This document shows, piece by piece, positions 11,901 through 22,106 of a DNA stretch of 32,339 bases. The stretch spans positions 1 to 32,339 of the forward strand of contig JALAGF010002099.1 in the NCBI GenBank assembly GCA_030167865.1, in the 5' to 3' direction. A program made the translations under genes and the position numbers. The stretch is from Craspedostauros australis (lineage: Eukaryota). How positions within the stretch are numbered: the first letter of the stretch is position 1; the number at the start of each line of letters is the position of its first letter. The notes under the pieces are model-generated. The model saw nothing but the letters and a program-made list of their open reading frames with translations. It made no database searches and had not been told where the DNA came from.

Positions 11901-14025
11901 GGCAACTGAGTCTGTCGCATCTGTCCCCAGAAAATATTGAGATTTGGGTATCAAAATTGGTTTTGATGTCGATTGTGCTGTTGTTCCCGCTGTCGGAATC
12001 GGCAACGACGAGTTGCGTGGCTTTGCACAACGACGCTTTTATCCTCAGAGACCCGCCGTCGTTGCTGCTGCCATTACTTTCATTTGCGGATGTTTCAACG
12101 AAGCCAGGCAGAGATGATGATGATGGAAGCTGTTGCAACAACAAGTCGCTGCCTTGCAACTTGTACCAAACGCCGGCTCCGTTTCGAGAAATTCCGCCGC
12201 ACGTGCTGGCGGCATCGGTTGTCGCGTCGACGGTACTGCCGACAATGGGTTGGCCCATGTCGGTACGTTGAATCTGCCGAGCGCATTCGCAGGCGTTGTT
12301 GGACAGGCATGCGTCGCTGCTATCTGGCGGCGTGACGTAATCCGGGGGCAGAGTGATGGGCGGAGTCGGCGATGGCGTTTGCATGGGATCGGTCGTCTCT
12401 GCAGTTTGATCTTCGCTTGCGCTGTCGTTGCTAATCGCATCCTCCGGTTGTGTCGAAGACGACGACGATTTTGCGGATGTCACCCCGACGGTAACGCCGA
12501 CAACGATTGCGATGAGAATGAAGAGCGCCATGAGAAGCAACCACCGTCGACGTTTGGACTTGTTGTCGTTGTGCTTGTCGACGTCCGTACGAACGTTGGC
12601 ACCTTGCGGCGTTGCCTGCACCGCGCTCTCCTGCATCTTTTGGATGGTATGTGCTTCGGCTTGCTCCCGGATTGCCCGGCGCTCGTAATCGGGGATCGAT
12701 TGCGACTGCTGAGCTGTCGTCGCGGTGTGATCGTCGATTTCTTGCGCGTGAGGCAGCACGGCCGTGCTTTGCCTGTAGAGCAGCGTGCCGTCGGAGTCAG
12801 ACGTTGTGGCGTAGAATGTTGGCGCGGGCATGGCAGCTCGGACTTGTTGCTCGATGTTGGAGCTGACGGAGTGCGCGAAGAGGTTGCTGCTGTCGTCGCT
12901 CTGGTACGACATGGCGTCACCCATCGTTTCACGCCTCAGATGCGATGAGTTCATCCCTAGGTTGTACGGGTCCAGTGTTCGGGACTGATAGTTGGGTTGA
13001 TCTCGTCGCAGTGGTCCGTTGGCGGAATCCTTGGAGAGGACCATGCTCTTTTCTGTGCCGTACTCCTTACTTCCGCTGCTGATCTCCTTGATCATGGGGG
13101 GTTGCGCACTCGGCTTCTTGGAACCTTGTTTGACCATCGCCGATGACGTGACCGACAGGACCTTGCTGGCCGTGCTCTGCTCGCGCAACAGCGTCGATGA
13201 AGGCTGCGTTTCCTCGTCGTCCGGAATGGCGGCCGTGACGGAACGCAGCTGCAGAACGGCAGGACTGTGCTGCGATTCGTGTTCGGTCCGGCCTTGCTCC
13301 TTGGCCCTCATCTGGTGATCGTACAGCGAGGATTGCGCGCGATTGTCCGCGTTGGATGGATCAGCGCGATTCGGAGGCACGACGTGGGGGCCATCGCCGT
13401 GGTGCAGCCCTGCTTTGGGAGGCTCTTCTGCTGGAATGCTCTGATTTGTGCGTGGGCGGGCAGCGAAGAGGTTGCTGCCGCTGAAGTCTGACTGTTCGTC
13501 GCCATCGTTGTGGAGGTCCCGTCCATTCCCGGACTGCAACGCCGAGTCGAGATGGTGAGCATGCTCATTGGCTTGAGGCCTTTGACCAGCGGCGTTGGCT
13601 GCCGCTTCGACTATAGATTGCGTGGGCGCTGCGACTGCGGGCATCTGTGCCGGCCGGACGGAAATGGCGCCGACCACAGGCTGATTGGTGCCCGGGATGA
13701 CGGAAACGCGATACCTCGCTTCATTCTTGGCTCTGACATTCGCTGGTTCCGCAGCTGCGTTGGCTGTGGTTGCTTGGCGTGAAGGCGGCGCGATGACAGC
13801 TGCATCCGTCGGTGTATCGCTAATGTCCGTGGTCAATGCGGGAGCGGTCAATGCGGGAGCGGCCACTGCTGCGCTCGTTCGGACAGAAGAATTCACGGAC
13901 GTCTGCTCTTCATTGTTGCTGTTGTTGTTGTTGCTATTGTTGTTGCTATTGTTGTTGCTGTTGTTGGTGGTGGTGGCATCATTTGACCGCTTCTGGGATG
14001 CTTCATCCAATGATGACTTGTTCAT
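8953..14025 (-). CDS. ~1572-aa type II single-pass membrane protein with six Cys-patterned extracellular repeats, two exons: 14025..10938 and 10583..8953
   Basis: ~495-aa disordered N-terminus, then KRRR + TM (~12479..12543), then a Pro/Thr linker. Six ~120-200-aa repeats follow: C..A...G.T...C...W[YF]...G.G...STC...I..F.G..C..L.C...Y.V.V. Splicing restores the repeat-end motif EYKVIVH. Confidence 0.85.
10584..10937 (-). other. Spliceosomal intron (354 bp, phase 1)
   Basis: Minus-strand GTGAGT donor at 10937 and CAG acceptor ending at 10584. The in-frame join gives YKVIVHMP, matching YIYVHG and FYVLVHG in the other repeats. Confidence 0.85.
13913..13964. repeat. Imperfect (TTG)n repeat encoding poly-Asn near the N-terminus of the large membrane protein
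   Basis: Seen directly; translates as NNSNNNSNNNSNNNNSNN. Confidence 0.9.
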
Positions 14026-15480
14026 TGTGTGATGATGAGATGATGCGATTGTAGAATAGTTGCGAGTAGAGTGATGACGGTGGGGCTCGTGCTCCTGTGC
14101 TTCTGAGACTCTGTCGCCTGTGATCGTTGACAGGAGAGGGTGGGAGTTGATGGGATGGGAGTCGGTGTTCTCCTGTTCTCCCTGATCCTCTGCCTTTTCG
14201 TTCTCGTCTTGCAGCGTCCTTCTGCGCTCCTGCCCTTGTGATGATGGCCAGCGGTTGCGACACCTTGGCAGTGCAGAGTGCGAGTAGAGTAAGCCGTATC
14301 CAATGGGGGCGAAGATGACGCGGAGAGGTGTTCTGCGCGCTGGGTTGACTTTGCTTCTGTGATTGTTCCTATTCGTGCTAGCACTAGTAGTCGTAGTCGT
14401 AGTAGTACGGCCAATTACTCTATGATTGTGCCTATCTGCTCTTGTGATAGTCCTTCAGCTGTGCCAGCACGAGCCACAACTCTTGTTGGGGTCGCAAGCG
14501 TGTCCAACGATGTGTCTGACACGTCCTTTCCGTTCAACGCTGGTCTCGGCCAATTGTAGAATAGCTTGTGGTGACAAGGTGAACAGACTCTCCGCCACAC
14601 TCATCGACAACTGCACGAACATGGGATCAACGGTTGCGCAAGCAAGATCAAGATGCCGCAACCAAGCAGTTTCCCACACCGCTGAGAACAATCGCGGCGA
14701 ACACCACGACAGCCGAATGCCTCCGATTTCGCACAGAACAATTGGCGCGCGACCCAACTACCGCATCGACGGACTTTCTTGTTTCCAAACGCGATTGGCA
14801 CGCACATGGTATGGAAGCCGCGAGCAAAAGGGATCGGTCGATCAGCCTTGGGCTTCTCATAGCACTCTGATGTATCTCGGATTAAGTTCAATCCTTGTTG
14901 TCATCGCAGTATAGTAGCCTCGTAGAATAGTAGTCTTGTTCCCAAGCATGGACTGCACATTCCTGTTCCTTGATGCACCTATCCGCAGCTCTCCCTTTCC
15001 AATCCCGAAGCTTCGTCTGCAAAGATCTCGTCCATCCTCTCTGCAGAGTGCCAGGCATTCTACCAAACATGATGCGGCATACAATGCCATACGTACGACT
15101 ATATTAGAATATACTATTATGAAATATTCTATATTGTATCACACTATCGCTGTACAATGTGGCGCTGCGATCAAGGGTCTCCGAATGGAAGCTGCTTTGC
15201 CATGTGTAGTCACCAACCCACAACTACACTCATGGAAATGGTATAGGACGTGACTAGAGAGAGTGCAACCATACGGGATTGATGATCCTGACTGAAGAGC
15301 AGACGATGTCGTGGGTTTTCAAAATGGCGAGGTGGCCATGACGTCATGATTCTCGAAAGGATTCCATCCAACAATCCACCACACCATCATTCGAGATGAC
15401 GAACACAAGATGACACACACAGACCAAATCGGAACAAATCATAACGACTCGTAGCTTCATAACTTCATAACTTCACCACC

Positions 15481-15523
15481 CATCGCAACTCTCATCGCAA
15501 CTCTCATCGCAATCCATCGCAAT
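15481..15523. repeat. Short tandem repeat (CATCGCAA core, 4 copies) just upstream of the glutaredoxin start
   Basis: catcgcaactct catcgcaactct catcgcaatc catcgcaat. Confidence 0.8.
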
Positions 15524-15532
15524 ATCTTCACC

Positions 15533-16060
15533 ATGATGTACAAGACCAGTATCACGATCGCGCTGCTTGCCATCGCGCAGGCGGCCGCCTTCGTCCCAGT
15601 TGCTGGCATGAACGCCCGCACCAACGACGTCTCCTGCGCGGCCGGCAAGAACCTCTTCTCCAAGCTGTCCGAGGCCGCCGCCAATCCCAAGCTCGCCATC
15701 TCCAAGGCCATCGCGGGCGACTACGATGAAGCCACGGCCAAGGCCAAGGTGGAGTCCTTGATCGCCGACACGCCCGTCCTCCTCTTCTCCTTCACCACAT
15801 GCCCCTTCTGCATCAAGGCCAAGGGGGTGCTGGATGCAAAGGATGCCAAGTACACCGCCGTGGAACTCAACGATGTGCCAGACGGTTCGGGCATGCGCAT
15901 CGAGATGGCCAAGATCTTGGGTGGTCGCACCAGCGTGCCGGCCGTCTTCATCAACGGCGAGTTCATCGGCGGATGCAACGACGGTGGGAAGGGCGGCATC
16001 ATCACTCTCAATGACAGCGGCGAATTGGATACCCTCCTCAAGGCAGCCGGTGCCATCTAG
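15533..16060 (+). CDS. Plastid-targeted dithiol glutaredoxin (CPFC active site)
   Basis: Signal peptide ending AAA-FVP. Glutaredoxin motifs TTCPFCIKAK, RTSVPAVFINGEFIGGCND and GELDTLLKAAGA. Confidence 0.93.
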   Translation: MMYKTSITIALLAIAQAAAFVPVAGMNARTNDVSCAAGKNLFSKLSEAAANPKLAISKAIAGDYDEATAKAKVESLIADTPVLLFSFTTCPFCIKAKGVLDAKDAKYTAVELNDVPDGSGMRIEMAKILGGRTSVPAVFINGEFIGGCNDGGKGGIITLNDSGELDTLLKAAGAI

Positions 16061-16578
16061 ATGGCATTGTCGTATAACATCTAATACATGCCAGCCGTGG
16101 ATAGTACAATGGCGCATTGCGTTTGGCATCTATTGTACCATATGCAGCTCGCAGTACTCTACTCGACTACTCTTTACATTTGCGACGATGGTGCGCAAGA
16201 TGAGGCAAGGTTGAAGACACTGTTGCTGCGGACAGACGATTTGCAGAACGCCCACGGCCGTTGGAGTTGGACTTGGAATGCACTCCGTTTCAATACAAGA
16301 ACATTCCTTGATGCAATACATCCCACCAAACATCACAACGTTCGAACAACGACGGATACCGATCGGGGCGAGTGGAACAACAAATCTGATCATGGAAATG
16401 GCATACGAGGGGGCGCCAATCCCTATCTGGTCGGATTGAGAGGCACGAACAATCACCAGCTGCGTGTGTCCCCACAGACATCATCCATGGTTGGCCTGGT
16501 GGGACGTACCAATGCACTACGAGACAGATTTCACGTATCATTTCTCAAAATTATATCAATTCATTCACTTCTTAACTG

Positions 16579-18462
16579 TCACAGTTTTGCCTCCTCCATG
16601 TCACCGTTGCTGATGGACGGTGCTGGATGGTCCGATCGATCGCTGGCGTCCAGGTTGCGACGTCTGTTGCGCAGGTTGTTTCGTTGGAGCTTGAATTGTG
16701 ATATGTATTCCGGGTTCACATTCTCTTGGGCGTGCAGGATCACCCCTCCGTGGTAGGAGGTGTCCAATCCAACGAGCTCCTCCAACGGGTCGCTGCGGAA
16801 CAGACCTTGCCAGTCCAGCCACACGAAGAACGGAAGCATGATCACCATCACCCAAACAAGGATGAAGAGCACGCCCACCACTTGCGCCGCCAACAGATGC
16901 GCGTTGGCATTGCCATCCCGCAGCGAGTAGAACCACCCCGCGTGCTTGACATCGAAGTTGTACGTCATCTTCAGCCGAGTCGGCGACGCGAAGAATCCGT
17001 TCGCGACCATGCCCCACATGCCATTGAACATGTGCACGGGGATACCGTCGACGGCGTCATCCAACCGAATGCGGATCAGCAGTGCGGAACTCAGCAGATA
17101 CACCAATCCCGCAATGGCGCCAATCACGATGGAGGCCCATGGCTCGACCACGCCGCAGCCTGCCGTGATGGCGACCAGTCCGCCCAAGGAGCCATTCATG
17201 GCGCATCGTAAATCGAATACGGGCTCGCCCGTTGTGCGTTCCACCCAGTACAGATTGACGAAGAGAGCCACGATGCCGGCCATGCCACCCGATAGCGTCG
17301 TGTTGACGCCGGCCAGCGCTGCCAGCTTGTCCCGTACCACTGAATCGGTCACCAGGGCAGATCCACCGTTGAAACCGTACCAGCCGAACCAAAGACACCA
17401 CGTGCCAAGCATCTGAAGTGCAAAGAGAACAATGGATAGCGACAGCGTTGGCGAGGCGAAAGCAGAGATGGAGACCAGTAAATGGTCAGTGATCATACCA
17501 CAACATGCGATGTATTATACAGGTGACGAAGATGGCGCGAGGCCTGCAACAGCCCATTAACAGAGTAGTTCGACAGACAGTGACGGCCGTCGGAAATGCG
17601 CTGGCATAGAGTGAGGACACACACTTACCTGTAGCGCCATGGAATGGCCGGGCATGTCCTTGGGCTTGTCCAATTTGCGTCCGCTATCATCATGGAATCG
17701 ACCGCGCCTGGGACCGAGAATGGACGTCGCGAAGAACGCCGTGCAGCCACCTGTCATATGGACGACGCCGCTTCCGGCAAAGTCGACGACGCCCACTCCG
17801 AACAACGGCGATGAGTGAGTGGCGCTGAGGAAACCGTGCGGACTCCAGATGGCATGTGCGACGACGGGGTACATGAACCCCGTGAGCAGCATGGAGTATC
17901 CCAGGTAGGCCACCATCTGACAGCGTTCCGCCAGCGTGCCTGCAACGATGGTCGCCGACGCTGCTGAGAATGCGTACTGGAACAACCAGAATGCCAGATC
18001 GTCGACTTCTTGCAGGCAGAAGTTGGTAGTCCCGATGAAGGCGTTGGGGCTGTTGCCATCACCGAAAGCGAAGGCATATCCGACGGAGTAGAATGCTATG
18101 GATGCGCCGCAGGCATCCATGAGGTTCTTGAGCATGGTGTTCTGGACGTTCTTCTGACGTACCGAGCCAGCGCAAAGCATGGCGAATCCTGCCTGCATGA
18201 AGAAGACCAGCGCGGCGGCATAGACAGTGAAGAGCGTACGAGAGAAGTCTCGATCGGCAGCATCCTGCTCGGTCAGATGCGCCGTCACGCAATCGACGAC
18301 GCCATGGTAATGCGGATGGGATGGGAGCGACGACAGTAGCGACGATTCCACCGTGGACGTATCATTGAGTTGCTGCTCCTCAGCGTGTTGCTGTTGATGC
18401 TCCTCGATGATGTGTAGGCAATCCTCGTAGATGGTCAACGATATAGCTGTTCGGAGCACCAT
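16579..18462 (-). CDS. AMT1: Ammonium transporter (AMT1-type), two exons: 18462..17629 and 17412..16579, ~555 aa
   Basis: Motifs FFMQAGFAMLCAGSVRQKN, FQYAF, AERC, DFAGSGVVH, LGPRRGRF, WFGWYGFNGGS, NGSLGGLVAITAGC, DDAVDGIPVH and GLDTSYHGG. Both pore histidines are present. First ATG is at 18462. Confidence 0.95.
17413..17628 (-). other. Spliceosomal intron (216 bp, phase 0)
   Basis: CAG|GTAAGT donor and TTCAG acceptor. The join gives the canonical GHSMALQMLGTWCLWFGW. Confidence 0.92.
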
Positions 18463-18527
18463 GTCTGCAAATGTGCTTCGGATGGTGTTCTTGCTTGACA
18501 ATGGTGATGAGAGAAGTTTCTCGTGAT

Positions 18528-18603
18528 GCTGATGCTGTCGCTGTCGCTATCGCTTTTGTTGCTGATGCTGTCGCTGTCGCTATCGCTTTTGTTGCTGATG
18601 CTG
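18528..18603. repeat. 33-bp perfect tandem duplication (2.3 copies) upstream of AMT
   Basis: gctgatgctgtcgctgtcgctatcgcttttgtt at 18528 and 18561, plus a partial third copy. Confidence 0.9.
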
Positions 18604-19356
18604 ATGCCTCCAAGATTGCTTTGCACAGATTCACCTGAGGTGGCTGCAGGTCTTGCCTGGGGGGCGATAATGGCTGTGGAGACTCGGACGTTTGTCTCTG
18701 TGGGATGCGAAGGGAGCCAGAAGGGACAAGGGAGGTCTTGGCACCACTTTGATTCGAAGGTTGCCGTGATGTTGAGTGGTGGAAGCTATTGGTGGAGTTG
18801 GTATGTATTATACTGAAAAGCCAGAATGTATTATACGGTGCAGGTATGTCTGTGGCTGCCGCTACCTCTGCTGTTGCTGTCGTCAACTGGCTCGATGGGC
18901 GGATGGATGGATGGATGGATGCGATTCGAAGTCAGGGAGAAGGTATCCTGGCAAGTCAAGTTGCTCAAGCAGGGTCGATGTCGGAGTTGGGATGGGCTGC
19001 TCTTGATCCCACCGCTACAGATGCTTGCGACGTTGCTACGCCGTGACGGCTGACGATGATGCGAGGTGCGACTTCGTTTCTCCGGAGTGCTGTACCGTGC
19101 GTGTACTGTGTGGCCGATGCAACACAGGATTCGCTGACAGCAGGCAAGAGCAACAGTCGACGCGCTTTTCTCTGCAGAAGTGGCGAAGCAGCAGCGTGTC
19201 TCGATAGTTTCCCTCAACTGATGCACGACCAACTGGTGCGATTAGATCGTACGCGAGACAAAGAGAGCGCATGAATCTCTGTCGAATGAGAAGGAGACGC
19301 GATGCTTGGGTCTCGCCGCAGCCTTGCTGTCTCTGTCTTTTGGCGAAAGAAGTCCA

Positions 19357-19380
19357 CTCTCTCTCTCTCTCTCTCTCTCT
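19357..19380. repeat. (CT)12 microsatellite
   Basis: Seen directly. Confidence 0.95.
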
Positions 19381-20489
19381 TGATGCGATGTGAAGGAGTG
19401 CTTCTTTCGACCACGATCAATTATGCGACCTGTGCGTGATACGACCGACCAATCTGTCAGCCGAAGTGCTCTATTTTCTCGCGGGTTCGAGTGGTATTCG
19501 TGGGATGCACGAGTACGAGTCCGAGTGGAAGCACGTCGCTCCAGCCTATCTGCCCTCGGTGTGCCTCTGGTGTCGCTGCCCTTTGCTGTGACGGTTGCTG
19601 TCGCTGTCTGCGCCTGTGCTCAACAACGAAATGTGCGCGAGTGTGCACTCGTGGCATGTGAGTGCCATCTCCGTCTTGTTCCCCCAACGATGCTGCCTGC
19701 CTGCGACCACCTTCCTCCTGCGTGCCTCCTTGCTTCGGCTCTCTGCAGCTGTCTCTCTGTCTTGTTCCCAACAACAGAAGGGAAGAAGTGCACCGAACAC
19801 AGACAACCAGGAACCGCGAGCACATGTACGACCTACCTATCCTGCCACGTGATTGATGTGCAACGAAAGAACTGTGTGTTTGTGCCCAAGCGCGAGCGAG
19901 GTGCAAGAATGCTGTTCTGCAGAATCCAATCATGATTTCTCGTGACAGATGATGTCAATTTGTTGCTTGTTTGCGATGACAATGTCATAGCGACATGATT
20001 TTGTGTCGTGTGCGACGATGAAAGACATATTGATACATCCATCTTTATCCACGTCTCCCACCAAAAAACAAATTCTGAATCTTTGACACATGATGGGTGA
20101 TCAAGACGCGAACCGCCGAGGCAGACCACAGAGAAGAAATACGGAAGAAACAAGACGCGCAGAGAAAGAAGCAAAGAACGCAAGGCAAGATCGCAACGTC
20201 CCCAGCCTCCCCCCAAAGGGGGGGCGCCTGCGAACAATGTGGGAGCGCGAAGATCCCGACGACGCGCAACCACCGCAAACGCTACTCGCAACCCAGAGAG
20301 AGGAGCGACTGTTGACGGCACTGGTACCCTTGGGCTCCTCCCATCTCCACCGTGGCTCTGCGTGTGTCTTTGATTGGTTCTGCGCTTGAGGAAGAAAAGG
20401 ACCACGATTAAGTTTTATCTTTCTCTATTTTTGATACGCGTTATCCCCCCTTGTCGTGCCGCTGCCGGGATGGCGAGGCTTCCGTGCTT

Positions 20490-22106
20490 TTAAGCCTGCC
20501 TTGCTCTGCCCCACCCGCCAGTCATGCCCGTCGCTGACAACGCCACGCTGCTGTTGGGTGTGAAGAGCGCCTTTGGTGACTTGGGTATCGACATCCTCAT
20601 GGACGCGTGGTGGTGATGATGATGGCGGTGTTGGTGGCAGTGCTGCGAGTCCATGGCGAAGTCGCTCTGCGCCTTGCTGGGGCTCACGCAGGACTTGAGG
20701 CCGTGGTTGCTGATGTTGTTGGGGAAGCGGAGGGTGTTGGAAGGTGACTGCGGCGCTCTCATGGGCTGCGCCGTGGCTGGCGCGTCCGTGGTTTGGGAGT
20801 CACCATGCTGCTGCTTTGTTACTTTTGACTTTGACGACGAAAGGTATCGCGAGTAGAGCGTTCGGCAGTCCGCCATGTACTCTGCAATGTCCTTCTCGTC
20901 CTGGTGCCCAACATACCTGGCCTCCACCTCGCAGTGCATGGTGCCCTTTCGGTACTCTTGCGCAATCATGGTGTAGTCGATCTTCGTGGCGTGGGTGAGA
21001 TGCTGACGCTCCTGTTCCTCCAGCACAGTCTCCCACCCCAGCGTCTTGTTGATCTTACGGCGGCCGCCCTCGAGGGGCAAGAGAGGCTCAACACCTCGCC
21101 GGCAGAATTCCGAGATCAACTTCGGCTTCTTGTTCCCTTCCTTCTTGACGAAGTACTTGGCGACCATCCGTCGGTGTTCTTTCATGCTCGTGTAGTCCTC
21201 CTTCTGGTACCATGACTGGCTGATTTCGTCTTCGCTGAAGTCCTTGAAGTGAACGTATGGCTTGACGAAGACCAGATCGGAAAAGTGGACGGTCCGCTTG
21301 ACAGAGTGCGAGGAGTCGACCATGCCGGTCGTCTGCACCTGCTTTGCCACCTGGGCATCCTGCACGCCTCGCGATCGTGCCAGCTGGCAGGAATACCGCG
21401 ACAGCTCGGAGCACAGCGATGCGAGGAAGGAAGCGTCGGCGCTGCCGTGCTCCATCTGGTGCTCCTGCTCATCGAGGACGCCGTCGATGCAGCTGTGGAT
21501 GCGCTGGTTGCGCCGTCTTGAGTATGTGGGCAGGTGGTGTTCAATGCCACGCAGCAGCAACTTGCCTTGCAGGACCTTCTCGTCACTGCAGCTATCGATG
21601 GCATCCTCGATGAGGTCCCTGCATTCCTGCTTCATGGCGCTGTATTCCTGCTTGTGGTACCAGATGGCAGCAACGCGCTCCTCGGACAGCTCGTTGACAT
21701 GTTCGATGCAGCGAACGTTGACCTCCTCGTTGAATCTGACGCATCTTCGGCCATCCTCTACCTTGGCAGGGGCTGCAGCGCTGGGAGAGGACGAGAAGAA
21801 GAAGGCGGCGTCATCATCTTCATCGTCGCATGAAGATACCGATGAGCATGATGAGCCTGATGAGATAGAGGAGCATGAAGAGTCATCATCATCATTATCC
21901 TCATCATGGTGACCCTCGAGGTTGATGTTGATGTTGGCGGTAGTGGTGTTCTCGATGCATCCGAAGGCAATCTTGCGATCACTCTTGGGTTCGCGACTGG
22001 CATCGGGATGCCTGGGTTGGGTGATGTCTCTTGGATGTGCATCTGCGACTTTCTCGCCGCTGGTATCGATCACCATGGCAGAAGCGTTGGTTGAGGTTGT
22101 GTTCAT
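20490..22106 (-). CDS. Hypothetical protein with two tandem RVxF-WY-RGLE-VLxEQ domains (family member B)
   Basis: 538-aa ORF. Copy 1 at ~21345..21749: RCVRF...IWYHKQEYSAM...RGIEH...VLDEQEHQ...RGVQD. Copy 2 at ~20886..21299: RTVHF...SWYQKEDYTSM...RGVEP...VLEEQERQ...VGHQD. Confidence 0.88.
   Translation of the reverse strand: MNTTSTNASAMVIDTSGEKVADAHPRDITQPRHPDASREPKSDRKIAFGCIENTTTANININLEGHHDEDNDDDDSSCSSISSGSSCSSVSSCDDEDDDAAFFFSSSPSAAAPAKVEDGRRCVRFNEEVNVRCIEHVNELSEERVAAIWYHKQEYSAMKQECRDLIEDAIDSCSDEKVLQGKLLLRGIEHHLPTYSRRRNQRIHSCIDGVLDEQEHQMEHGSADASFLASLCSELSRYSCQLARSRGVQDAQVAKQVQTTGMVDSSHSVKRTVHFSDLVFVKPYVHFKDFSEDEISQSWYQKEDYTSMKEHRRMVAKYFVKKEGNKKPKLISEFCRRGVEPLLPLEGGRRKINKTLGWETVLEEQERQHLTHATKIDYTMIAQEYRKGTMHCEVEARYVGHQDEKDIAEYMADCRTLYSRYLSSSKSKVTKQQHGDSQTTDAPATAQPMRAPQSPSNTLRFPNNISNHGLKSCVSPSKAQSDFAMDSQHCHQHRHHHHHHASMRMSIPKSPKALFTPNSSVALSATGMTGGWGRARQA

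Noticed and set aside
16579-18462. Both AMT coding exons are 834 bp
   Set aside because: Depends on start choice and stop inclusion, and there is no visible nucleotide duplication; treated as coincidence.
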